Of a stretch of DNA of 64,000 bases, positions 27,774 to 37,081 are shown in pieces. Within the stretch, counting starts at the first letter, position 1; every line of letters begins with the position of its first letter. The position numbers and the translations under genes were made by a program. The notes beneath the pieces are model-generated. The model had not been told where the DNA came from. It searched no databases and saw only the letters and a list, made by a program, of their open reading frames with translations. The DNA comes from Clostridia bacterium (GTDB lineage: Bacteria; Pseudomonadota; Gammaproteobacteria; Burkholderiales; SG8-39): assembly GCA_050261755.1 (NCBI GenBank), contig JBLNDP010000059.1, forward strand, positions 2,802-66,801. The letters are read 5' to 3'.

Positions 27774-28384
27774 AACTTCGTCGCGCGCTGCATCGCCGGC
27801 CGAGCCGCCATCTCGGCGCCCCAGCGCTCGAGGTTCTTGAACCCCTCCACGCACTCGGGGAACGCGCCCTTCGTGCGCCAGTAGCCCGCGTAGAGCGAGA
27901 TGTCGGCGATGGTGAACTCGTCGCCCGCGGCGTACTTGCGCTTCGCGAGGAGATCGTCCCAGACCTTGAACATGCCCTTCTGGCGCGTCTTGAAGAGCTC
28001 CAGCATCGGCGCGGAGGAGTCCTTCGCGTTCTTGATCGCGGTGGCCGCGCCGAAGTTCGGCGTGATGTCCGTCGAGGCGCTCATCAGCGCCTGCAGCATC
28101 GCCGGGCGCTTCGCCGGATCCTTCGGCAGGTGCTTGCCCGACTTCTCGGCGGCGTACATCAGGATGGCCGTCGATTGCGAGAGCGTCACCGGCTTGCCGC
28201 CCGGGCCTTCGTGGTCGACGATCACCGGGATCTGGCCCATGGGATTCATCGCGAGGTACTGCGGCGTCCTCTGCTCGCCCTTCGACAGGTCGATGGGCTT
28301 CAGGTTGTAGGCAAGGCCGCATTCCTCGAGCGCCATGCGCGCTCGCACTCCGTTCGACGTCCCCGCCGCGTACAGGTCGATCAT
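27770..28384 (-). CDS. glutathione S-transferase
   Basis: N-terminal thioredoxin-like fold with NPMGQIPVIV and SQSTAILMY. C-terminal helical domain. Confidence 0.85.
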   Translation of the reverse strand: MIDLYAAGTSNGVRARMALEECGLAYNLKPIDLSKGEQRTPQYLAMNPMGQIPVIVDHEGPGGKPVTLSQSTAILMYAAEKSGKHLPKDPAKRPAMLQALMSASTDITPNFGAATAIKNAKDSSAPMLELFKTRQKGMFKVWDDLLAKRKYAAGDEFTIADISLYAGYWRTKGAFPECVEGFKNLERWGAEMAARPAMQRATKF

Positions 28385-28420
28385 CCGAGTCTCTCCTCTT
28401 GGAAGGCGGCGATCTTACTA

Positions 28421-28460
28421 CGCTGACCTCAAGACCCGGGACGGAGCCCCGAGGTCAGCG
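28421..28460 (-). terminator. 10-bp inverted repeat downstream of the PanB-like gene (possible terminator or attenuator; no U-run)
   Basis: CGCTGACCTC ...20 nt... GAGGTCAGCG. The right arm covers the stop codon at 28455..28457. Confidence 0.3.
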
Positions 28461-29357
28461 CTTCTTGTCGACCTGGTCGAGGAAGGAGCGGATCAGGCCG
28501 TCGGGGGCCTCGATGACGTGTTCCTTGGCCGGGAAGGCGCCCGATTTCACGTCGGCGATGAATTCCTTGAAGCCCGCGACGCGCTCGGCCTGCATCTCCT
28601 GCTTCATCTTGTAAATGTTCCGGTATTGCCTGGAGTGCCGGGGATAGGGCGGGCCGTTGTTGCCGAGGATGTCGTCGGCGAAGAGGAACTGGATGTCGCC
28701 GCCGCCGCCGGCGCCGATCGAGGACGTGAGGAGCGTCGTGCGCTTCGAGATCTCTCTCAGCAGCGCCTCGGGAATCACCTCGACCTCCACCGCCCAGGCG
28801 CCGGCCTCCTCGAGCTTCTTGATCTCGCGATAGATCCACAGCGCTTCGTCGAGGGTCTTCCCGACGGCGCGCAGGCCCCCGGTCCAGGTGCTCTTCCGCG
28901 GCACGAGGCCGGCGTGGCCCTGCACCGGCACTCCGGCTTCCGCCGCGGCAGCGACGAAGCGCGGCGACCATTGGCACATGATGGCGTCGGCGCCGATCTC
29001 CATCGCGGTATACGCCAGGCGCACCGCTTCGGTCTCGCTCGCGGCGGCGACGAGCGGCACGGAGAACGACATGAAGGTATTCGGCGCAGCCTTGCGGATC
29101 GCGATGGCGAGCTCCGGCTGCTTCGGATCGAAGCGCACCTTCATCGTGTCGATGCCCGCTTCCTCCGCGGCCGCCGCCTCTTCCACCGAGAAAGGCACCG
29201 TCTCCGTGAGGACGCGCTTGCCCTTCGCGTCGCGCAGGTCCTTGATCGTGTAGTTGCGCGTACCGTAGGCGCCGCCCAGCGTCATCACGCGCTTCAATCC
29301 GCGCTTCCCGGCGTCGCGCGGGGGGATGTTTCCGTCGCCTTTTGCGTGGCTCGCCAT
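28455..29357 (-). CDS. PanB-fold (ketopantoate hydroxymethyltransferase-like) protein, divergent
   Basis: The C-terminal half aligns by eye with PanB (GHAGLVP, EVEVIP, SIGAGGGGDIQFLFADDILG, VKSGAFPAKEH). The N-terminal metal-site motifs are not conserved. Confidence 0.7.
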   Translation of the reverse strand: MASHAKGDGNIPPRDAGKRGLKRVMTLGGAYGTRNYTIKDLRDAKGKRVLTETVPFSVEEAAAAEEAGIDTMKVRFDPKQPELAIAIRKAAPNTFMSFSVPLVAAASETEAVRLAYTAMEIGADAIMCQWSPRFVAAAAEAGVPVQGHAGLVPRKSTWTGGLRAVGKTLDEALWIYREIKKLEEAGAWAVEVEVIPEALLREISKRTTLLTSSIGAGGGGDIQFLFADDILGNNGPPYPRHSRQYRNIYKMKQEMQAERVAGFKEFIADVKSGAFPAKEHVIEAPDGLIRSFLDQVDKKR

Positions 29358-29359
29358 GG

Positions 29360-30211
29360 CTATCGATACGCTCCCTTAGCGGCCGGATCCTCGAAGGACC
29401 CGATCTTGGTGCCGCGGTAGAGGATCTTGGCGTTCCTCTCCGTGATCTCCTTGTGCAGCGCGACCATCTTCGGCTCGAGCTCGCCCTTCGGCAGCGGCTC
29501 GTGCTCGAAGTAGTTGTAGGTGTCGACGCCGCGCACGAGCGTGGCGCTCTCCTCGCCGTGCAGCTGCTTGACGTGGGTGGGGATGTAGCGGATCGCGAAG
29601 CCGATGCGCCGCTCGTTCGACGCATTCGGAGGCGAGCCGTGCACGAGGAGGACGTGGTGGAGCGAGGCCTCGCCGGGCTGGAGCTCGAAGTACACCGCCT
29701 TGGACTGGTCGACCTCCACCGCCACCTCCTGCCCGCGGGTGAGCAGATTGTTCTTGTCGAACGTGTCGCGGTGGGCGTGCTGCACCTTGTGCGAGCCCGG
29801 AATCACGCCCATCGCGCCGTTCTCCATCGTGCTCGGCGTGAGCGCGATCCAGGCGGTGGCGACGTCGGGGGAGGAGAGGCCCCAGTAGGTCGCGTCCTGA
29901 TGCCAGCTCACGAAGGCGGGGTTGCGGCCCTCCTTGATGAAGAAGTTGGTGGACCAGCAGAGGAGGTTCGGGCCGTAGAGATCCTCGATCGCATCCAGCA
30001 CGCGCTCGTTGCGCACGATCTCGGAGAGAAACGGGAAGAGGAGGTGCGTCTTGTGGCGGAGGTTCCCGCGCAGCGGGCCGCCCGAGCGCTTCTCGTAGTC
30101 CTCGAGCGCGGCGCGCGCCTCGTTCGCCGCGCTTTCGCTCATGACGCGGATCTTCGGCACGTAGCCGTCGCGGAAGTACTGCTCCTTCTGGGCAGGGGTC
30201 AGGAGCTTCAT
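29360..30211 (-). CDS. phytanoyl-CoA dioxygenase (PhyH) family Fe(II)/2-oxoglutarate oxygenase
   Basis: Internal Met (MKLLTPAQKEQYFRDGY) of ORF 29360..31012. HxD in SWHQDATYW, distal His in LLVHGSPPN, Arg in RIGFAIRY. The start overlaps the upstream stop by 1 nt. Confidence 0.85.
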   Translation of the reverse strand: MKLLTPAQKEQYFRDGYVPKIRVMSESAANEARAALEDYEKRSGGPLRGNLRHKTHLLFPFLSEIVRNERVLDAIEDLYGPNLLCWSTNFFIKEGRNPAFVSWHQDATYWGLSSPDVATAWIALTPSTMENGAMGVIPGSHKVQHAHRDTFDKNNLLTRGQEVAVEVDQSKAVYFELQPGEASLHHVLLVHGSPPNASNERRIGFAIRYIPTHVKQLHGEESATLVRGVDTYNYFEHEPLPKGELEPKMVALHKEITERNAKILYRGTKIGSFEDPAAKGAYR

Positions 30212-31122
30212 CACATGCCTCCGGCCGCGGCTTTCTTCTCTTCTTCCTGCTGGAGCGCGAAGATCGAGGTGTAGCCGCCGGACCAGTCGGGCGGCATGAG
30301 GCAGGGGCGCGGGTCGTGGTGCGCCCACGGCGCCGGCTTGCCGCGGATGATGGTCTGGTCGTACTTCGAGCGGATCGGGTTCACCGTGTACGGGAAGGCG
30401 TCCGCCGAAGTGAGCGTATAGAGCAGCAGCGGCCGGCCGGCGTCCGACAGGTTCTTCTCCGACGAATGCCAGGTGCGGCAATTGTGCAAGGTGAGGGAAC
30501 CGGCCGGGCCTGGCAGGTAAACGACCTTGCTGCGGTCGATTTTCCTCACGTCGGATTCGTTCAGGCAGCCGGTCCATTTGCCGTCCGCGCCGTACTGCGA
30601 CGCCATCGGCTCGATCTCGTGGCTGCGCGCCAGGACGCCGAGCGGGCCGTTGTCCATGCCGCAGTCGTAGAGGTACGTGCCGACCGTGAGCGGGGAATAG
30701 TTGGTGTGCGGCCAGAAGCTGATGTCGTAGTGCCACTTCACTTCCTCGCCGCCGTGCGCCCACTTGAAGTTGAGCTTCGAGTGGTGGAACTTGACGTCGG
30801 GGCCGACCAGGTCGGCGACGATGTCCGGGAGCGGCGACTTCGTCACGTAGTCCCAGTAGGCCGGGTGCTGCTCGACCGGGTTCGAGACGCGGCGTAGCCG
30901 CGGCGCGTCGGCGCGGTGGCCGGGCTCGAGGTCGTAGATCTTGTCGGAGCGCGTCACCTTGCGGCCCCGCTCGACGAGCTCGTCCGTCGCGGCGCGCAGG
31001 CGGGCGATCCACTCATCGGGAATCGCCTTCTCGAGGAGGAGGTACCCCTCGCGGAAGTAGTGCTCGCGCTGCGCCTGCTTGAGGACGCGCGGGGGAATGG
31101 CGAGGATCTGCTCGGGGGTCAT
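30211..31122 (-). CDS. phytanoyl-CoA dioxygenase (PhyH) family Fe(II)/2-oxoglutarate oxygenase
   Basis: Internal Met (MTPEQILAIPPRVLKQAQREHYFREGY) of ORF 30211..32340. HxD in KWHYDISFW, distal His in CRTWHSSEKN. Confidence 0.85.
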   Translation of the reverse strand: MTPEQILAIPPRVLKQAQREHYFREGYLLLEKAIPDEWIARLRAATDELVERGRKVTRSDKIYDLEPGHRADAPRLRRVSNPVEQHPAYWDYVTKSPLPDIVADLVGPDVKFHHSKLNFKWAHGGEEVKWHYDISFWPHTNYSPLTVGTYLYDCGMDNGPLGVLARSHEIEPMASQYGADGKWTGCLNESDVRKIDRSKVVYLPGPAGSLTLHNCRTWHSSEKNLSDAGRPLLLYTLTSADAFPYTVNPIRSKYDQTIIRGKPAPWAHHDPRPCLMPPDWSGGYTSIFALQQEEEKKAAAGGM

Positions 31123-32474
31123 GGCGTGGACTCCAGTGCGGGTGCGTAAGTGCCGAGCCGCGCGCCGTCGCGGTCGAGGCGCGCGCGCACCTCGGCTCCG
31201 CTGAGCTGGCGCGGCTGGCGACGGTCTTCGAGGCAGAGCGCCGCGGCGTGTCCGGCCGCGTGCCCATAGGAGAAGCATTGCGCGGTCACGCGTGCCGAGG
31301 CCACCGCCTCGTGCTGGGCCGAGAGGCAGCGGCCCGCGAAGAGCAGGCCCTCGCCGCGCTCGGGCACGAGGCAGCCGTACGGCACCTCGTAGAAGTCCTC
31401 GAGGAGCCACTCGACGCGCGGCTTCGCGCCCGCATGCAGCTCGATGGGCCACGGCGAGCGCGCCACGGCGTCGGCGAACTTGCTGCCCCGAACGACGTCT
31501 TCGTTGCGAAGGAGCGCCACGCCCCGGCCCTGCCGGGTCTGGCGCACGCCGACCTGGACGCCGGTGTCGTTCACCCAGCTCGCCTCGCAGCCGGCGAGGT
31601 GGTCGCGGAAGAAGCGCGCGTACTCGCGCACCTGCCGGCGGCCTTCCATCTCGGCATCGGTGAAGTCGGCGGCGAGGAGCGTGTTGAGCTCGCGCGCGTC
31701 CGGTCCGACGACGCGGGTGCAGTTGCAGAGGAGCTCGCCCGGCCGCGTGGTCGGAAAGAGCCAGATCTTCGCGCGCGGCAGGAAGTAGCCGCGGCCGTGG
31801 TGCTTCTTCAGGAGCTCCGAGACGGCCTCCGGCATGATCGTGTCGGCGCCGTACGCGCGCAGGAACCTCGGGACGTCGACGCCGCCGAGGCGGAAGATCA
31901 TGGTGGGGTTCTGCACGCGCCCGTCGTCGCCGACGAAGGTCGGGAAGCCCGCCATCGCCACGAGGTCTGCGTCGCCACTCGCGTCGATGGTGATGTCCGA
32001 GCGGACTTCGAGCGGTCCCTGCTTGCAGTACGCCGTGACGCCGGCGACGCGCTCGCCCTCGAGCAGGACGCCCGTCACCGTCGCGTGGAAGAGCACTTGC
32101 ACGCCCGCTTCGCGCAGCAGGTGGTCGGCCGCCTCGCGCCAGACGAGCGGATCGTGCACGCGCGTCCAGGTCTTGCCGTAGCGCATGGGCGCCGTCAGGC
32201 CGCTGCGGCTCTCGAGGAGCCGCACGAACTCGTCGGCGAAGCCGAAGACGACCTGCTGCGGCCCGGCGGAGGCGCGCTCGGAGGCTTGGTAGAGGCCGCA
32301 CACGGTGCCGGAGAGCCCGGCCACCGCGCCGCCGCCGCAAAAGCCGTAGCGCTCGAGAAGCACCACGCGCCGGCCCTGGCGCGCCGCGGTCACCGCGGCG
32401 GCGACGCCGGTTGCGCCGCCGCCCGCCACGACGACCTCCGCGGCGAGCCGCACCCCGGCGCGGCGGTCCGTCAT
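31119..32474 (-). CDS. FAD-dependent oxidoreductase (FAD_oxidored-type)
   Basis: Dinucleotide-binding motif VVVAGGGATGVAAAVTAARQG...VLLERYGFCGG. 4-nt overlap with the downstream PhyH gene. Confidence 0.8.
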   Translation of the reverse strand: MTDRRAGVRLAAEVVVAGGGATGVAAAVTAARQGRRVVLLERYGFCGGGAVAGLSGTVCGLYQASERASAGPQQVVFGFADEFVRLLESRSGLTAPMRYGKTWTRVHDPLVWREAADHLLREAGVQVLFHATVTGVLLEGERVAGVTAYCKQGPLEVRSDITIDASGDADLVAMAGFPTFVGDDGRVQNPTMIFRLGGVDVPRFLRAYGADTIMPEAVSELLKKHHGRGYFLPRAKIWLFPTTRPGELLCNCTRVVGPDARELNTLLAADFTDAEMEGRRQVREYARFFRDHLAGCEASWVNDTGVQVGVRQTRQGRGVALLRNEDVVRGSKFADAVARSPWPIELHAGAKPRVEWLLEDFYEVPYGCLVPERGEGLLFAGRCLSAQHEAVASARVTAQCFSYGHAAGHAAALCLEDRRQPRQLSGAEVRARLDRDGARLGTYAPALESTP

Positions 32475-32478
32475 CGGG

Positions 32479-33276
32479 CTACGAGAGCCCCGCGAGCTTC
32501 GCGCGCAGCTCCGGCTTCACGTGCTTCATGCTGTAGCCGTTGAAGAGGTGGCCCAGCAGCCCGCGGTCCAGGTCCGAGGTGCCCATCAACCAGTCCGCGA
32601 TCGGGAACGTGAGGTTCATGTTGCGCTCCATCATGACGCCTTGCGCGTGGTGAACCGTGTGGTGGCGGCGGATCGTGTTCACGAACGGCGTGTAGCGCAC
32701 GAACCAGTTGTCGTGCACGTGGCAGCAGTAGTGGAAGGTCTCGTAGATGAGGTACTGGCCGACGATCGTCACCATCAGGATGTAGCCCGCGTTCGGGTTC
32801 ACCGCCCAGGCGAGGAGCAACGCGAAGGGCGTGCCCATCGCCATGAAGGTGAGGAGCGCGCGCCAGGGGAAGAAGATGATGCGCCACTCGCGCGTCGACT
32901 CGACCGTCATCTCGTGCTCGGTGAAGTACTGGTGGTGCTGGCGCGTGTGGCGGTCGTAGATCGCGCGCAGCGCGAAGACGTCGACCAGCCGGTGCATCAC
33001 GAACTTGTGGATCCACCACTCGAAGAGGTTCGAGAAGAAGAAGACCGGCACCACGAGCAGCCACTCCCAGGTCGCGTGCTGCATGCGCGAGACGCACCAC
33101 GAGATGGTGGCGAGGCCGACCACGTAGATGAAGCCGATGTGCACCGGGCCGGAGTAGAGCCGGTGGATCTGCGACTTGTAGTCCTCGCGGAAGCGCGCCT
33201 GGCGCTCGGTGATCTCGTGCTTCTCGATCAGCTCGTCCGGAAAGGCGGCGGGGGCGGGAACGGCGCTCATGGGCAC
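32479..33276 (-). CDS. fatty acid hydroxylase/sterol desaturase superfamily membrane di-iron oxygenase
   Basis: His boxes HKFVMH, HTRQHH, HYCCHVH and HHTVHH, with 3-4 hydrophobic helices. Confidence 0.8.
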   Translation of the reverse strand: MPMSAVPAPAAFPDELIEKHEITERQARFREDYKSQIHRLYSGPVHIGFIYVVGLATISWCVSRMQHATWEWLLVVPVFFFSNLFEWWIHKFVMHRLVDVFALRAIYDRHTRQHHQYFTEHEMTVESTREWRIIFFPWRALLTFMAMGTPFALLLAWAVNPNAGYILMVTIVGQYLIYETFHYCCHVHDNWFVRYTPFVNTIRRHHTVHHAQGVMMERNMNLTFPIADWLMGTSDLDRGLLGHLFNGYSMKHVKPELRAKLAGLS

Positions 33277-33290
33277 ATCCTCTTAAGCAT

Positions 33291-33302
33291 CTGATATATC
33301 AG
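33291..33302. promoter_or_regulatory. perfect 12-bp palindrome CTGATATATCAG (candidate operator)
   Basis: AT-rich palindrome in the 60-nt gap between the GntR stop and the hydroxylase start, followed by TATGGCAGTATG, which resembles the motif at 34045..34059. Confidence 0.4.
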
Positions 33303-33336
33303 GCGTATGGCAGTATGCGCTTCACCCGGGCCTTTT

Positions 33337-34035
33337 TCAACCGTCCGCCGTGACCGTGTCGCGGGTGAAGGACTGCACCGAGTCCATGAGCCGGTCGGTC
33401 GCGCGCGCGGCCGCCTCCTCGTCGCCCGCGGCGATGGCGCGCGCGATGTCGGCGTGGAGCTTGGCGGTCTCCGGCATGTCGGCCGCCTTCTTGTAGTGGT
33501 GGTACCAGAAGCGCCGCGAGAGGCCCGCCATGAGCCGCATCGCGCCGCCCGCGAACTCGTTCTTCGCCGCGGCGAGCGAGAGCTCGTTGAACTCGCGGTC
33601 GACGCGCATGAAGGCTTTGTCGTCGTTCCTGCGCGCGCTCGCCTCGAAGCGCTCGGCGATCTCGGCCATGCGCTTTCGCTCCGCGGGGATTGCACGGCGG
33701 GCAGCGCTCCTCGCGACCAGGCGCTCGACCTCGCGCCGTGCCTCCAGCAGCCGGAGCTGCGTGCGGGCGTTGATCTCGGTGACCATGATCCCGCGCCGCG
33801 GCAGGATATGGACAAGGCTCTCGCGCGCGAGGCGCTGCAGCGCCTCGCGGATCGGCGTGCGGCCGATGCCGAGGCGGTGGGAGAGCAGGCCTTCGGACAC
33901 CGCGCTCCCGGGCGGAAGCTGGAGCGTGACGATCAGCTCCTCGATGTCGCGGTAGGCGCGGTCGGAGAGCGTAGGCGACGAGGCGCGCGCGCTACGGGAG
34001 GAGGCTTTCTTCTTTGGGCGGGGCACGCTCGGCAT
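33337..34035 (-). CDS. GntR family transcriptional regulator (FadR/FCD subfamily)
   Basis: Winged HTH LSHRLGIGRTPIREALQRLARESLV. C-terminal all-helical FCD-type domain. Confidence 0.9.
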   Translation of the reverse strand: MPSVPRPKKKASSRSARASSPTLSDRAYRDIEELIVTLQLPPGSAVSEGLLSHRLGIGRTPIREALQRLARESLVHILPRRGIMVTEINARTQLRLLEARREVERLVARSAARRAIPAERKRMAEIAERFEASARRNDDKAFMRVDREFNELSLAAAKNEFAGGAMRLMAGLSRRFWYHHYKKAADMPETAKLHADIARAIAAGDEEAAARATDRLMDSVQSFTRDTVTADG

Positions 34036-34044
34036 GGCCTTGTG

Positions 34045-34059
34045 ATATGCCAGTCATAT
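34045..34059. promoter_or_regulatory. inverted repeat ATATG-N5-CATAT in the divergent GntR / ABC-importer promoter region
   Basis: Within gTGATATGCCAGTCATATGt. 10 nt upstream of the GntR ATG and 33 nt upstream of the binding-protein ATG. AT-rich within a GC-rich context. Confidence 0.4.
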
Positions 34060-34091
34060 GTTACAGTGCGCCGCCAGAGGAGGAGGATCCC

Positions 34092-35249
34092 ATGCGCGCT
34101 TGGCTCGTCGCCGTAGCACTGTCGTTGTGCGGTTCCGCATTCGCCCAGGACGTCGTGAAGATCGGGCAGATCGAGGCCCAGACCGGAACGCTCGCCACCT
34201 ACGGGTGGATGGGCCACCAGGGCGCGGCCCTCGCGATCGACGAGATCAACAAGGCGGGCGGCTTCAAGGTCGGCGCCAAGACCTACAAGCTGCAGCTCAT
34301 CTCGCCCGACACGCGCGCGAACCCGCAGGAGGCGCTCATTCAGCTCAAGCAGCTCCTCGAGCAGGAGAAGACGCGCTATGTGTTCGGGCCCTTCCTCACC
34401 AACGTCTTCAACGGCATCGAGCCCTACGCGACGCAGCAGAACGGCAAGTTCCTCATGATGGGCGGCGCCACCGCCATCCACGCGATGCTCGGCAAGCCCA
34501 GCCACGAGTACCTGGTGCGCACCTGGAACTGGGACGCGGGCTCGGCGGGCTTCGGCCAGCTGCTGGTCGACTACCTGAAGAAGCAGGGCGCGAAGAAGGC
34601 CGCGATGCTCTTCCAGAACGACGCCTTCGGCAAGGTGGCGGTCGACATCTACTCGCCGATCTTCAAGCAGGCGGGCATCGACCTGCAGATCGAGCTCTTC
34701 GAGCCGGGCACGAAGGACTTCACCGCGCCGCTCGCGAAGCTCGCCGCCGGCAAGGCCGACTACCTCTTCCCGGGCTACACCGACGCGGTGCTCTACGACA
34801 TCGTGCGGCAGGCGACCGAAGGCGGGCTCTTCAGGAACTTCTTCCTGGTGCGCGGCTCGATGGGGCCGGGCCTCAAGAACAAGGACCTCATCGACAACTA
34901 CATCGCCTACCTGCCGAAGTACTTCGAGGAGGCGGAGAAGAAGGAACCGAAGGTGAAGACGTTCGTCGCGGCGTACAAGGCGTTCTACAAGACGAACGAC
35001 TTCCCGTACGACCAGGCGCCGCTCTGCTCGTCGTCCTGCTACGACCACGTCTACATGCTCGTCGAGGCGATGAAGAAGGCGGGCACGGTCGACGACGTCG
35101 CCAAGGTGAAGAAGGCGCTCCTCTCCATGCGCTATAGCGGCCTGTGGAACATCCGCTACGACGAGACCGGCGAGGCGGTGTTCGACTTCGACGTGCTGCA
35201 CATGAAGAAGGGCGGCGCGATCACCGCGACCCGCGTCAGCCCGAAGTAA
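34092..35249 (+). CDS. ABC transporter substrate-binding protein (Leu/Ile/Val-binding, type I PBP fold)
   Basis: Internal Met of ORF 34014..35249 (AGGAGG upstream). Signal peptide MRAWLVAVALSLCGSAFAQ, then DVVKIGQIEAQTGTLATYG. Confidence 0.85.
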   Translation: MRAWLVAVALSLCGSAFAQDVVKIGQIEAQTGTLATYGWMGHQGAALAIDEINKAGGFKVGAKTYKLQLISPDTRANPQEALIQLKQLLEQEKTRYVFGPFLTNVFNGIEPYATQQNGKFLMMGGATAIHAMLGKPSHEYLVRTWNWDAGSAGFGQLLVDYLKKQGAKKAAMLFQNDAFGKVAVDIYSPIFKQAGIDLQIELFEPGTKDFTAPLAKLAAGKADYLFPGYTDAVLYDIVRQATEGGLFRNFFLVRGSMGPGLKNKDLIDNYIAYLPKYFEEAEKKEPKVKTFVAAYKAFYKTNDFPYDQAPLCSSSCYDHVYMLVEAMKKAGTVDDVAKVKKALLSMRYSGLWNIRYDETGEAVFDFDVLHMKKGGAITATRVSPK

Positions 35250-35261
35250 AGCGCCGGCTCC

Positions 35262-36122
35262 GTGGGGCAGCTGATCGCCGGTCAGCTCCTCAACGGGGCC
35301 ATTGTCGGGACCCTCTACGGGATCATCGCGCTCGGCGTCACGCTGACGTTCGGCATCACCGGCATCGTGAACTTCGCGCTCGGCGTGTTCATGATGCTCG
35401 GCGCGTACGCCGCGTGGTACTTCAGCGAGACGGCCGGCCTGCCGTATCCGCTCGCGGTGCTCGCGGCCGTCGCGCTCACCGCGCTCGCGGGCCTGATCGC
35501 CGACCAGGGACTCTTCCGCTTCACGCGAAACAACCTCGTGAACGGGCTGCTCGTCTCGATCGGGATGATCGCCGTGCTCGAGTCGGTGGCGCTCCTTATC
35601 TTTACCTCGACGCCGAAGGAGCTCCATCGGGTGCTGCCCGGCGTCTTCTCGTTCGCCGGCCTCGTGCTCCCCAAGATCAAGATCGTCGTCTTCGCGCTTC
35701 TCCTCGCGGCCATCCTCGGCACGTACGCCGCGCTCACGCGTACCTGGGTCGGCCGCGCGGCCTTCGCCTACGCGCAGAACCCGGAAGCCGCCGCGCTCAT
35801 GGGCGTGCCGACGGCACGGCTGCAAAGCGGCGTGGTCGTCTACTCGACTGCGCTCGCCGGCTTGGGGGGCGCGCTCTACGCAAGCCTCTATTCGCTCGAG
35901 CCGACGCTGGGCAGCCTTTTCATTCTGAAAGCGGTCGAGGCGGCGATCCTCGCCGGGATCGGCAGCGTCAGCGGCGCCCTCGTGGGCGGCTTGATCCTCG
36001 GCGTCACGGAAGGGATCGGTTCGATCTACCTGCCGCTGGCCTTCCGCGACGTGTACGGCCTCGTGTTCCTGGTTGCGATCCTCCTCTTCAAGCCCTCCGG
36101 GCTATTCGCGGGACGCAGATGA
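35262..36122 (+). CDS. branched-chain amino acid-type ABC transporter permease (LivH-like)
   Basis: Motifs LLNGAIVGTLYGIIALGVTLTFGITGIVNFA and a hydrophobic topology. GTG start. Confidence 0.9.
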   Translation: MGQLIAGQLLNGAIVGTLYGIIALGVTLTFGITGIVNFALGVFMMLGAYAAWYFSETAGLPYPLAVLAAVALTALAGLIADQGLFRFTRNNLVNGLLVSIGMIAVLESVALLIFTSTPKELHRVLPGVFSFAGLVLPKIKIVVFALLLAAILGTYAALTRTWVGRAAFAYAQNPEAAALMGVPTARLQSGVVVYSTALAGLGGALYASLYSLEPTLGSLFILKAVEAAILAGIGSVSGALVGGLILGVTEGIGSIYLPLAFRDVYGLVFLVAILLFKPSGLFAGRR

Positions 36123-37081
36123 ATCGCATCGTCTTTGTGCTCTTGATCCTTCTCGCGCTTCTCCTTGTCCCCTTGGGCGTGCAAAGCGACGTCGTCCTGA
36201 CGATCCTCGTCTTCGCGTACCTGCAGGGCATGCTCGCGGTGAGCTTCAACCTGATCTTCGGCTTCACCGGGCAGCTCTCCATGTTCCATGCGGCCGCGTT
36301 CGGCATCGCCGCGTATGCGACCCACCTCTCCATGCAGCACTTCGGGCTTTCGTACTGGGGCGGGGTGGCCTTCGCCGCGCTTCTGGTCGCCGTGATTTCG
36401 GTCGTGGTCGGAACGATCTGCTTCCGCTTCCGGCTCAAGGAGTTCTACTTCGCGGTGGTCACGCTCGCGTTCTCCGAGATGGCGCGCCTCACCGTCCTGA
36501 ACTGGAACAGCGTCACGAACGGGTCGCTCGGCATCAATCTGCAGGACAAGGCGACGCTCTGGGTGCCCGGCCGCGGCGTCGTGCCGATCGAAGGAAGCGT
36601 CGCCTGGTACTACATGAGCCTCGCCGCGCTGGGGCTCACGCTGCTCGTGTGCTGGCGAATCGTGCACTCGTGGATGGGCCGCTGCCTCGCGGCGATCCGC
36701 CTGAACGACGAGCTCGGCGACACGCTCGGCATCAACGTCTTCCGCTACAAGCTCGCGGCGTTCGTCGCGGCGAACGTGCTGGCGGCGTTCGCGGGGAGCC
36801 TCTACGCCTATTACCTTGGCTCGCTCGAGCCGGGGTTCCTCTCGATCGACCAGTCGCTCGGCATCATCGCGATGGTCCTCCTCGGCGGGCGCAGCGCGGT
36901 CGCCGCGCCGGTGCTGGGCGCGATCATGCTGACCGCGCTCCCGCACGTCATCCACTTCTCCGCCGAGGTCCGCTCGATCGTCTACGGCGCGATCCTCATC
37001 TTCACGATCCTCGTCATGCCGAACGGCCTGTACGGCAGCGCGGTGCGCATCTTTCGCGGGCGTGCGCATGCCGCTGCTTGA
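36119..37081 (+). CDS. branched-chain amino acid-type ABC transporter permease (LivM-like)
   Basis: Internal Met of ORF 35144..37081. ATGA overlap with the upstream permease. Motif NLIFGFTGQLSMFHAAAFGIAAY. Confidence 0.9.
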   Translation: MNRIVFVLLILLALLLVPLGVQSDVVLTILVFAYLQGMLAVSFNLIFGFTGQLSMFHAAAFGIAAYATHLSMQHFGLSYWGGVAFAALLVAVISVVVGTICFRFRLKEFYFAVVTLAFSEMARLTVLNWNSVTNGSLGINLQDKATLWVPGRGVVPIEGSVAWYYMSLAALGLTLLVCWRIVHSWMGRCLAAIRLNDELGDTLGINVFRYKLAAFVAANVLAAFAGSLYAYYLGSLEPGFLSIDQSLGIIAMVLLGGRSAVAAPVLGAIMLTALPHVIHFSAEVRSIVYGAILIFTILVMPNGLYGSAVRIFRGRAHAAA

